From the NCBI GenBank assembly GCA_964057225.1, contig OZ059899.1, positions 20,770,001-20,834,000 on the forward strand: 64,000 nucleotides of DNA. The letters run 5' to 3'. This document shows, piece after piece, positions 13,100 through 26,200 of this stretch. Within the stretch, counting starts at the first letter, position 1. Each line of letters starts with the position of its first letter. A program made the position numbers and the translations under genes. Below the pieces are notes generated by a model. That model did not search any database. It saw only the letters and a list, made by a program, of their open reading frames with translations, and had not been told where the DNA came from. The DNA comes from Auanema rhodensis (Eukaryota; Animalia; Nematoda).

Positions 13100-16000
13100 T
13101 TCAAACGATCATAACTAATTTTTGTATTGAGCGTTTCTCAATGTAGTATAGTGCATTCGATGCGGATTTTTAAGCTGCGTCGATCTATGTTATCAGATTT
13201 GCGCTATCTTAAAAATGCACCGAGATATCAACTGATATAAGTTCACACTTATAATCTCGATTTTCACCCTGAAGAATTAATTTTTTTGTTGAATAACATT
13301 GTCCATCGTCTTCACCTTGAAAAAAGAAATCTAAAAACATCTACTTTTTGTAAAATTATTTTGAAATTTTTAGGGAAAATTTTTGTCAAAATGTTTTTGG
13401 AAGCAATGTTGAGTGTGCATGGAAACTCAACATACACTAATGCAACATTTTTCAAACGATCATAACTAATTTTTGTATTGAGGGTTTCTCAATGTAGTAT
13501 AGTGCATTCGATGCGGATTTTTAAGCTGCGTCGATCTGTGTTATCAGATTTGCGCTAGCTTAAAAAAGCACCGAGATATCAACTGATATAAGTTAACACA
13601 TATATCCTCGATTTTCACCCTGAAGAATTAATTTTTTTGTTGAATAACATAGTCCATCGTCTTCGCCTTGAAAAAAGGAATCTAAAAACATCTACTTTTT
13701 GTGAAATTATTTTGAAATTTTTAGGGAAAATTTTTGTCAAAATGTTTTTGGAAGCAATGTTGAGTGTACATGGAAACTCAACATACACTAATACATCATT
13801 TTTTAAACGATCATAACTAATTTTTGTATTGAGGGTTTCTCAATGTAGTATAGTGCATTCGATGCGGATTTTTAAGCTGCGTCGATCTGTGTTATCAGAT
13901 TTGCGCTAGCTTAAAAAAGCACCGAGATATCAACTGATATAAGTTAACACATATATCCTCGATTTTCACCCTGAAGAATTAATTTTTTTGTTGAATAACA
14001 TAGTCCATCGTCTTCGCCTTGAAAAAAGGAATCTAAAAACATCTACTTTTTGTGAAATTATTTTGAAATTTTTAGGGAAAATTTTTGTCAAAATGTTTTT
14101 GGAAGCAATGTTGAGTGTACATGGAAACTCAACATACACTAATACATCATTTTTTAAACGATCATAACTAATTTTTGTATTGAGGGTTTCTCAATGTAGT
14201 ATAGTGCATTCGATGCGGATTTTTAAGCTGCGTCGATCTGTGTTATCAGATTTGCGCTAGCTTAAAAAAGCACCGAGATATCAACTGATATAAGTTAACA
14301 CATATATCCTCGATTTTCACCCTGAAGAATTAATTTTTTTGTTGAATAACATAGTCCATCGTCTTCGCCTTGAAAAAAGGAATCTAAAAACATCTACTTT
14401 TTGTGAAATTATTTTGAAATTTTTAGGGAAAATTTTTGTCAAAATGTTTTTGGAAGCAATGTTGAGTGTACATGGAAACTCAACATACACTAATACATCA
14501 TTTTTTAAACGATCATAACTAATTTTTGTATTGAGGGTTTTTCAATGTAGTATAGTGCATTCGATGCGGATTTTTAAGCTGCGTCCATCTGTGTTATCAG
14601 ATTTGCACTAGCTTAAAAATGAACCGAGATATCAACTGATATAAGTTCACACTTATATCCTCGATTTTCACCCTGAAAAATTGATTTTTTCGTTGAATAA
14701 CATTGTCCATCGTCTTTGCCTTGAAAAAAGGAATCTAAAAACATCTACTTTTTGTAAAATTATCTTGAAATTTTTAGGGAAAATTTTTGTCAAAATGTTT
14801 TTGGAAGCAATGTTGAGTGTACATGGAAACTCAACATACACTAATGCATCATTTTTCAAACGATCATAACTAATTTTTGTATTGAGCGTTTCTCAATGTA
14901 GTATAGTGCATTCGATGCGGATTTTTAAGCTGCGTCGATCTATGTTATCAGATTTGCGCTATCTTAAAAATGCACCGAGATATCAACTGATATAAGTTCA
15001 CACTTATAATCTCGATTTTCACCCTGAAGAATTAATTTTTTTGTTGAATAACATTGTCCATCGTCTTCACCTTGAAAAAAGAAATCTAAAAACAGCTACT
15101 TTTTGTAAAATTATTTTGAAATTTTTAGGGAAAATTTTTGTCAAAATGTTTTTGGAAGCAATGTTGAGTGTACATGGAAACTCAACATACACTAATGCAA
15201 CATTTTTCAAACGATCATAACTAATTTTTGTATTGAGGGTTTCTCAATGTAGTATAGTGCATTCGATGCGGATTTTTAAGCTGCGTCGATCTGTGTTATC
15301 AGATTTGCGCTAGCTTAAAAAAGCACCGAGATATCAACTGATATAAGTTAACACATATATCCTCGATTTTCACCCTGAAGAATTAATTTTTTTGTTGAAT
15401 AACATAGTCCATCGTCTTCGCCTTGAAAAAAGGAATCTAAAAACATCTACTTTTTGTGAAATTATTTTGAAATTTTTAGGGAAAATTTTTGTCAAAATGT
15501 TTTTGGAAGCAATGTTGAGTGTACATGGAAACTCAACATACACTAATACATCATTTTTTAAACGATCATAACTAATTTTTGTATTGAGGGTTTCTCGATG
15601 TAGTATAGTGCATTCGATGCGGATTTTTAAGCTGCGTCGATCTGTGTTATCAGATTTGCGCTAGCTTAAAAAAGCACCGAGATATCAACTGATATAAGTT
15701 AACACATATATCCTCGATTTTCACCCTGAAGAATTAATTTTTTTGTTGAATAACATAGTCCATCGTCTTCGCCTTGAAAAAAGGAATCTAAAAACATCTA
15801 CTTTTTGTGAAATTATTTTGAAATTTTTAGGGAAAATTTTTGTCAAAATGTTTTTGGAAGCAATGTTGAGTGTACATGGAAACTCAACATACACTAATAC
15901 ATCATTTTTTAAACGATCATAACTAATTTTTGTATTGAGGGTTTCTCAATGTAGTATAGTGCATTCGATGCGGATTTTTAAGCTGCGTCGATCTGTGTTA

Positions 16001-16480
16001 TCAGATTTGCGCTAGCTTAAAAAAGCACCGAGATATCAACTGATATAAGTTAACACATATATCCTCGATTTTCACCCTGAAGAATTAATTTTTTTGTTGA
16101 ATAACATAGTCCATCGTCTTCGCCTTGAAAAAAGGAATCTAAAAACATCTACTTTTTGTGAAATTATTTTGAAATTTTTAGGGAAAATTTTTGTCAAAAT
16201 GTTTTTGGAAGCAATGTTGAGTGTACATGGAAACTCAACATACACTAATACATCATTTTTTAAACGATCATAACTAATTTTTGTATTGAGGGTTTCTCAA
16301 TGTAGTATAGTGCATTCGATGCGGATTTTTAAGCTGCGTCCATCTGTGTTATCAGATTTGCACTAGCTTAAAAATGAACCGAGATATCAACTGATATAAG
16401 TTCACACTTATATCCTCGATTTTCACCCTGAAAAATTGATTTTTTCGTTGAATAACATTGTCCATCGTCTTTGCCTTGAA
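13100..16480 (+). repeat. 5-monomer higher-order repeat (1755 bp), 2 copies, each containing three near-identical monomers
   Basis: The linked variants gcgtccatct...tgcactagc...gaaccg occur at 14581 and 16336 (offset 1755). ORFs at 14681 and 16436 show the same offset. Boundaries are approximate. Confidence 0.8.
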
Positions 16481-19400
16481 AAAAGGAATCTAAAAACAAC
16501 TACTTTTTGTGAAATTATTTTGAAATTTTTAGGGAAAATTTTTGTCAAAATGTTTTTGGAAGCAATGTTGAGTGTACATGGAAACTCAACATACACTAAT
16601 ACATCATTTTTTAAACGATCATAACTAATTTTTGTATTGAGGGTTTCTCAATGTAGTATAGTGCATTCGATGCGGATTTTTAAGCTGCGTCGATCTGTGT
16701 TATCAGATTTGCGCTAGCTTAAAAATGCACCGAGATATCAACTGATATAAGTTCACACTTATATCCTCGATTTTCACCCTGAAAAATTGATTTTTTCGTT
16801 GAATAACATTGTCCATCGTCTTTGCCTTGAAAAAAGGAATCTAAAAACAACTACTTTTTGTGAAATTATTTCGAAATTTTTAGGTAAAATTTTTGTCAAA
16901 ATGTTTTTGAAAGCAATGTTGAGTGTACATGGAAACTCAACATACACTAATGCATCATTTTTCAAACGATCATGACTAATTTTTGTATTGAGGGTTTCTC
17001 AATGTAGTATAGTGCATTCGATGGGGATGTTTAAGCTGCGTCGATCTGTGTTATCAGATTTGCGCTAGCTTAAAAATGCACCGAGATATCAACTGATATA
17101 AGTTCACACTTATATCCTCGATTTTCACCCTGGAGAATTAATTTTTTCGTTGAATAACAATGTCCATCGTCTTCGCCTTAAAAAAAAATCTAAAAACATC
17201 TACTTTTTGTGAAATTATTTTGAAATTTTTAGGGAAAATTTTGGTCAAAATGTTTTTGGAAGCAATGTTGAGTGTACATGGAAACTCAACATACACTAAT
17301 GCATCATTTTTCAAACGATCATAACTAATTTTTGTATTGAGCGTTTCTCAATGTAGTATAGTGCATTCGATGCGGATTTTTAAGCTGCGTCGATCTATGT
17401 TATCAGATTTGCGCTATCTTAAAAATGCACCGAGATATCAACTGATATAAGTTCACACTTATAATCTCGATTTTCACCCTGAAGAATTAATTTTTTCGTT
17501 GAATAACATTGTCCATCGTTTTTGCCTTGAAAAAAGGAATCTAAAAACATCTACTTTTTGTGAAATTATTTTGAAATTTTTAGGCAAAATTTTTGTCAAA
17601 ATGTTTTTGAAAGCAATGTTGAGTGTACATGGAAACTCAACATACACTAATGCATCATTTTTCAAACAATCATAAATAATTTTTGTATTGAGCGTTTCTC
17701 AATGTAGTATAATGCACTCGATGCGGATTTTTAAGCTGCGTCGATCTGTGTTATCAGATTTGCACTAGCTTAAAAATGCACCGAGATATCAACTGATATA
17801 AGTTCACACTTATATCCTCGATTTTCACCCTGAAGAATTAATTTTTTCGTTGAATAACATTGTCCATCATCTTCGCCTTGAAAAAGGGAATCTAAAAACA
17901 ACTACTTTTTGTGAAATTATTTCGAAATTTTTAGGTAAAATTTTTGTCAAAATGTTTTTGAAAGCAATGTTGAGTGTACATGGAAACTCAACATACACTA
18001 ATGCATCATTTTTCAAACGATCATAACTAATTTTTGTATTGAGCGTTTCTCAATGTAGTATAATGCACTCGATGCGGATTTTTAAGCTGCGTCGATCTGT
18101 GTTATCAGATTTGCACTAGCTTAAAAATGAACCGAGATATCAACTGATATAAGTTCACACTTATATCCTCGATTTTCACCCTGAAGAATTAATTTTTTCG
18201 TTGAGTAACATTGTCCATCATCTTCGCCTTGAAAAAAGGAATCTAAAAACATCTACTTTTTGTGAAATTATTTTGAAATTTTTAGGGAAAATTTTGGTCA
18301 AAATGTTTTTGGAAGCAATGTTGAGTGTACATGGAAACTCAACATACACTAATGCATCATTTTTCAAACGATCATAACTAATTTTTGTATTGAGCGTTTC
18401 TCAATGTAGTATAGTGCATTCGATGCGGATTTTTAAGCTGCGTCGATCTATGTTATCAGATTTGCGCTATCTTAAAAATGCACCGAGATATCAACTGATA
18501 TAAGTTCACACTTATAATCTCGATTTTCACCCTGAAGAATTAATTTTTTCGTTGAATAACATTGTCCATCGTTTTTGCCTTGAAAAAAGGAATCTAAAAA
18601 CATCTACTTTTTGTGAAATTATTTTGAAATTTTTAGGCAAAATTTTTGTCAAAATGTTTTTGAAAGCAATGTTGAGTGTACATGGAAACTCAACATACAC
18701 TAATGCATCATTTTTCAAACAATCATAAATAATTTTTGTATTGAGCGTTTCTCAATGTAGTATAATGCACTCGATGCGGATTTTTAAGCTGCGTCGATCT
18801 GTGTTATCAGATTTGCACTAGCTTAAAAATGCACCGAGATATCAACTGATATAAGTTCACACTTATATCCTCGATTTTCACCCTGAAGAATTAATTTTTT
18901 CGTTGAATAACATTGTCCATCATCTTCGCCTTGAAAAAGGGAATCTAAAAACAACTACTTTTTGTGAAATTATTTCGAAATTTTTAGGTAAAATTTTTGT
19001 CAAAATGTTTTTGAAAGCAATGTTGAGTGTACATGGAAACTCAACATACACTAATGCATCATTTTTCAAACGATCATAACTAATTTTTGTATTAAGCGTT
19101 TCTCAATGTTGTATAGTGCATTTGATGCGGATTTTTAAGCTGCGTCGATCTATGTTATCAGATTTGCGCTATCTTAAAAATGCACCGAGATATCAACTGA
19201 TATAAGTTCACACTTATAATCTCGATTTTCACCCTGAAGAATTAATTTTTTCGTTGAATAACATTGTCCATCGTTTTTGCCTTGAAAAAAGGAATCTAAA
19301 AACATCTACTTTTTGTGAAATTATTTTGAAATTTTTAGGCAAAATTTTTGTCAAAATGTTTTTGAAAGCAATGTTGAGTGTACATGGAAACTCAACATAC

Positions 19401-22400
19401 ACTAATGCATCATTTTTCAAACAATCATAAATAATTTTTGTATTGAGCGTTTCTCAATGTAGTATAATGCACTCGATGCGGATTTTTAAGCTGCGTCGAT
19501 CTGTGTTATCAGATTTGCACTAGCTTAAAAATGCACCGAGATATCAACTGATATAAGTTCACACTTATATCCTCGATTTTCACCCTGAAGAATTAATTTT
19601 TTCGTTGAGTAACATTGTCCATCATCTTCGCCTTGAAAAAAGGAATCTAAAAACAACTACTTTTTGTGAAATTATTTCGAAATTTTTAGGCAAAATTTTT
19701 GTCAAAATGTTTTTGAAAGCAATGTTGAGTGTACATGGAAACTCAACATACACTAATGCATCATTTTTCAAACGATCATGACTAATTTTTGTATTGAGCG
19801 TTTCTCAATGTAGTATAATGCACTCGATGCGGATTTTTAAGCTGCGTCGATCTGTGTTATCAGATTTGCACTAGCTTAAAAATGAACCGAGATATCAACT
19901 GATATAAGTTCACACTTATATCCTCGATTTTCACCCTGAAGAATTAATTTTTTCGTTGAGTAACATTGTCCATCATCTTCGCCTTGAAAAAAGAAATCTA
20001 AAAACAACTACTTTTTGTGAAATTATTTCGAAATTTTTAGGCAAAATTTTTGTCAAAATGTTTTTGAAAGCAATGTTGAGTGTACATGGAAACTCAACAT
20101 ACACTAATGCATCATTTTTCAAACGATCATGACTAATTTTTGTATTGAGCGTTTCTGTTAGCTTTATGATTTTTGCTACTACATGTCATGTGTTTACTGC
20201 TCTAGCTGGTTTTCAATTTTTATGAGATATTTCATCATCTTACAACAAATTCAATTGAATCTAACATGAGTTATTTTTTCGTTTTGAAAAGCATTGAATA
20301 TCATTGTTCCTTGTAATATTGGATTTGATTATTGCTTTGTTAGCTTTATGATTTTTGCTACTGTGTAGCTTCAGTTTGCTGCTCTAGCTGGTTTTCAATT
20401 TTTATGAGATATTTCATCATCTTACAACAAATTCATTTAAATCTAACATGAAATGTTTTTTCGTTTTGAAAAGCATTGAATATCATTGTTCCTTATAATA
20501 TTGGATTTGATTATTGCTTTGTTAGCTTTATGATTTTTGCTACTACATGTCATGTGTTTACTGCTCTAGCTGGTTTTCAATTTTTATGAGATATTTCATC
20601 ATCTTACAACAAATTCAATTGAATCTAACATGAAATATTTTTTCGTTTTGAAAAGCATTGAATATCATTGTTCCTTATAATATTGGATTTGAATATTGCT
20701 TCGATAGTTTTATGATTTTTGCTACTACATGTCATGTGTTTACTGCTCTAGCTGGTTTTCAATTTTTATGAGATTTTTCATCATCTTACAACAAATTCAA
20801 TTGAATCTAACATGAGTTATTTTTCCGTTTTGAAAAGCATTGAATATCATTGTTCCTTGTAATATTGGATTTGATTATTGCTTTGTTAGCTTTATGATTT
20901 TTGCTACTGTATAGCTTCAGTTTGCTGCTCTAGCTGGTTTTCAATTTTTATGAGATTTTGCATCATCTTACAACAAATTCAATTAAATCTAACATGAAAT
21001 ATTTTTTCGTTTTGAAAAGCATTGAATATCATTGTTCCTTATAATATTGGATTTGAATATTGCTTCGTTAGTTTTATGATTTTTGCTACTACATGTCATG
21101 TGTTTACTGCTCTAGCTGGATTTCAATTTTTATGAGATTTTTCATCATCTTACAACAAATTCAATTGAATCTAACATGAGTTATTTTTTCGTTTTGAAAA
21201 GCATTGAATATCATTGTTCCTTGTAATATTGGATTTGATTATTGCTTTGTTAGCTTTATGATTTTTGCTACTGTGTAGCTTCAGTTTGCTGCTCTAGCTG
21301 GTTTTCAATTTTTATGAGATATTTCATCATCTTACAACAAATTCAATTGAATCTAACATGAAATATTTTTTCGTTTTGAAAAGCATTGAATATCATTGTT
21401 CCTTGTAATATTGGATTTGATTATTGCTTTGTTAGCTTTATGATTTTTGCTACTGTGTAGCTTCAGTTTGCTGCTCTAGCTGGTTTTCAATTTTTATGAG
21501 ATTTTTCATCATCTTACAACAAATTCAATTGAATCTAACATGAAATATTTTTTCGTTTTGAAAAGCATTGAATATCATTGTTCCTTGTAATATTGGATTT
21601 GATTATTGCTTTGTTAGCTTCATGATTTTTGCTACTGTATAGCTTCAGTTTGCTGCTCTAGCTGGTTTTCAATTTTTATGAGATTTTTCATCATCTTACA
21701 AGAAATTCAATTGAATCTAACATGAATTATTTTTTCGTTTTGAAAAGCATTGAATATCATTGTTCCTTGTAATATTGGATTTGAATATTGCTTTGTTAGC
21801 TTTAAGATGTTTGCTTATGCATAGCTTCAGTTTGCTGCTCTAGCTGGTTTTCAATTTTTATGAGATTTTTCATCATCTTACAACAAATTCAATTGAATCT
21901 AACATGAAATATTTTTTCGTTTTGAAAAGCATTGAATATCATTGTTCCTTATAATATTGGATTTGAATATTGCTTCGTTAGTTTTATGATTTTTGCTACT
22001 ACATGCCCTGTGTTTACTGCTCTAGCTAGTTTTCAATTTTTATGAGATTTTTCATCATCTTACAACAAATTCATTTGAATCTCATGTGAATTATTTTTTT
22101 TTTTTAAAAAGCATTGAATTTCATTGTTTCTTGTAATGATGGATTTGAATATTGCTTCGTTAGTTTTATGATTTTTGCTACTGTGTAGCTTCAGTTTGCT
22201 GCTCTAGCTGGTTTTCAATTTTTATGAGATATTTCATCATCTTACAACAAATTCAATTGAATCTAACATGAAATATTTTTTCGTTTTGAAAAGCATTGAA
22301 TATCATTGTTCCTTGTAATATTGGATTTGATTATTGCTTTGTTAGCTTTATGATTTTTGCTACTGTGTAGCTTCAGTTTGCTGCTCTAGCTGGTTTTCAA

Positions 22401-23299
22401 TTTTTATGAGATATTTCATCATCTTACAACAAATTCAATTGAATCTAACATGAAATATTTTTTCGTTTTGAAAAGCATTGAATATCATTGTTCCTTGTAA
22501 TATTGGATTTGAATATTGCTTTGTTAGCTTTAAGATGTTTGCTTATGCATAGCTTCAGTTTGCTGCTCTAGCTGGTTTTCACTTTTTATGAGATTTTTCA
22601 TCATCTTACAACAAATTCATTTGAATCTAACATGAACTATTTTTTCGTTTCAAATAGTAGTGAATATCATTGTTTCTTGTAATATTGGATTTGAATATTG
22701 CTTTGTTTGCTTTAAGATTTTTGCTACTACATGTCATGTGTTTACTGCTCTAGCTGGTTTTCAATTTTTATGAGATTTTTCATCATCTTACAACAAATTC
22801 AATTGAATCTAACATGAATTATTTTTTCGTTTTGAAAAGCATTGAATATCATTGTTCCTTGTAATATTGGATTTGAATATTGCTTTGTTAGCTTTAAGAT
22901 GTTTGCTTATGCATAGCTTCAGTTTGCTGCTCTAGCTGGTTTTCACTTTTTATGAGATTTTTCATCATCTTACAACAAATTCAATTGAATCTCATGTGAA
23001 TTATTTTTTTTTTTAAAAAAGCATTGAATTTCATTGTTTCTTGTAATGATGGATTTGAATATTGCTTTGTTTGCTTTAAGATTTTTGCTACTACATGCCC
23101 TGTGTTTACTGCTCTAGCTAGTTTTCAATTTTTATGAGATTTTTCATCATCTTACAACAAATTCATTTGAATCTCATGTGAATTATTTTTTTTTTAAAAA
23201 AGCATTGAATTTCATTGTTTCTTGTAATGATGGATTTGAATATTGCTTTGTTAGCTTTATGATTTTTGCTACTGTATAGCTTCAGTTTGCTGCTCTAGC

Positions 23300-26200
23300 T
23301 GGTTTTCAATTTTTATGAGATTTTTCATCATCTTACAACAAATTCATTTGAATCTAACATGAACTATTTTTTCGTTTCAAATAGTAGTGAATATCATTGT
23401 TTCTTGTAATATTGGATTTGAATATTGCTTTGTTTGCTTTAAGATTTTTGCTACTACATGTCATGTGTTTACTGCTCTAGCTGGTTTTCAATTTTTATGA
23501 GATTTTTCATCATCTTACAACAAATTCAATTGAATCTAACATGAATTATTTTTTCGTTTTGAAAAGCATTGAATATCATTGTTCCTTGTAATATTGGATT
23601 TGAATATTGCTTTGTTAGCTTTAAGATGTTTGCTTATGCATAGCTTCAGTTTGCTGCTCTAGCTGGTTTTCACTTTTTATGAGATTTTTCATCATCTTAC
23701 AACAAATTCAATTGAATCTCATGTGAATTATTTTTTTTTTTAAAAAAGCATTGAATTTCATTGTTTCTTGTAATGATGGATTTGAATATTGCTTTGTTTG
23801 CTTTAAGATTTTTGCTACTACATGCCCTGTGTTTACTGCTCTAGCTAGTTTTCAATTTTTATGAGATTTTTCATCATCTTACAACAAATTCATTTGAATC
23901 TCATGTGAATTATTTTTTTTTTTAAAAAAGCATTGAATTTCATTGTTTCTTGTAATGATGGATTTGAATATTGCTTTGTTAGCTTTATGATTTTTGCTAC
24001 TGTATAGCTTCAGTTTGCTGCTCTAGCTGGTTTTCAATTTTTATGAGATTTTTCATCATCTTACAACAAATTCAATTGAATCTAACATGAAATATTTTTT
24101 CGTTTTGAAAAGCATTGAATATCATTGTTCCTTGTAATATTGGATTTGAATATTGCTTTGTTAGCTTTAAGATGTTTGCTTATGCATAGCTTCAGTTTGC
24201 TGCTCTAGCTGGTTTTCAATTTTTATGAGATTTTTCATCATCTTACAACAAATTCAATTGAATCTAACATGAAATATTTTTTCGTTTTGAAAAGCATTGA
24301 ATATCATTGTTCCTTGTAATATTGGATTTGAATATTGCTTTGTTAGCTTTATGATTTTTGCTACTGTATAGCTTCAGTTTGCTGCTCTAGCTGGTTTTCA
24401 ATTTTTATGAGATTTTTCATCATCTTACAACAAATTCATTTGAATCTAACATGAAATATTTTTTCGTTTTGAAAAGCATTGAATATCATTGTTCCTTGTA
24501 ATATTGGATTTGAATATTGCTTTGTTAGCTTTATGATTTTTGCTACTGTATAGCTTCAGTTTGCTGCTCTAGCTGGTTTTCAATTTTTATGAGATTTTTC
24601 ATCATCTTACAACAAATTCATTTGAATCTAACATGAACTATTTTTTCGTTTCAAATAGTAGTGAATATCATTGTTTCTTGTAATATTGGATTTGAATATT
24701 GCTTTGTTTGCTTTAAGATTTTTGCTACTACATGCCCTGTGTTTACTGCTCTAGCTAGTTTTCAATTTTTATGAGATTTTTCATCATCTTACAACAAATT
24801 CATTTGAATCTCATGTGAATTATTTTTTTTTTTAAAAAAGCATTGAATTTCATTGTTTCTTGTAATGATGGATTTGAATATTGCTTTGTTAGCTTTATGA
24901 TTTTTGCTACTGTATAGCTTCAGTTTGCTGCTCTAGCTGGTTTTCAATTTTTATGAGATTTTTCATCGTCTTACAACAAATTCAATTGAATCTAACATGA
25001 AATATTTTTTCGTTTTGAAAAGCATTGAATATCATTGTTCCTTGTAATATTGGATTTGAATATTGCTTTGTTAGCTTTAAGATTTTTGCTACTACATGCC
25101 CTGTGTTTACTGCTCTAGCTAGTTTTCAATTTTTATGAGATTTTTCATCATCTTACAACAAATTCATTTGAATCTCATGTGAATTATTTTTTTTTTTAAA
25201 AAAGCATTGAATTTCATTGTTTCTTGTAATGATGGATTTGAATATTGCTTTGTTAGCTTTATGATTTTTGCTACTGTATAGCTTCAGTTTGCTGCTCTAG
25301 CTGGTTTTCAATTTTTATGAGATTTTTCATCGTCTTACAACAAATTCAATTGAATCTAACATGAAATATTTTTTCGTTTTGAAAAGCATTGAATTTCATT
25401 GTTCCTTGTAATATTGGATTTGAATATTGCTTTGTTAGCTTTATGATTTTTGCTACTGTATAGCTTCAGTTTGCTGCTCTAGCTGGTTTTCAATTTTTAT
25501 TAGATTTTTCATCATCTTGCAACAAATTCATTTGAATCTAATATGAACTATTTTTTCGTTTCAAATAGTAGTGAATATAATTGTTTCTTGTAATATTGGA
25601 TTTGAATATTGCTTTGTTTGCTTTAAGATTTTTGCTACTACATGCCCTGTGTTTACTGCTCTAGCTAGTTTTCCATTTTTATGAGAATAATCGTCCTGTG
25701 ACAACAAATTCATTTGAATCTAATATGAATTTTTTTTTTTTGAAAAGCATTGAATTTCATTGTTTCTTGTAATGATGGATTTGAATATTGCTTCGTTAGC
25801 TTTATGATTTTTGCTTCTGCATAGCTTCAGTTTGCTGCTTTAGCTGGTTTTCACTTTTTATTAGATTTTTCATAATCTTACAACAAATTCAATTGAATCT
25901 AAGATGAATTATTTTTTCGTTTTGAAAAGCATTGAATATCATTGTTTCTTGTAATAATTGATTTGAATATTGCTTTGTTACCTTTAACATTTTTGCTTCT
26001 GCATAGCTTCAGTTTGCTGCTTTAGCTGGTTTTCAATTTTTATGAGATTTTTCATCATCTTACAACAAATTCATTTGAATCTAACATGAACTATTTTTTC
26101 GTTTCAAATAGTAGTGAATATCATTGTTTCTTGTAATATTGGATTTGAATATTGCTTTGTTTGCTTTAAGATTTTTGCTACTACATGTCATGTGTTTACT

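Larger units (their letters stand above)
1..20156 (+). repeat. 351-bp tandem satellite array, left arm (T-rich strand on +), about 57 monomers; runs off the window start
   Basis: Motifs such as gagatatcaactgatataag recur every 351 bp. ORF-track starts are spaced by multiples of 351 (168, 870, 1572, 2625...). The array ends at ...tattgagcgtttct (20156), where the expected caatg is replaced by the 182-bp repeat. Confidence 0.98.
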
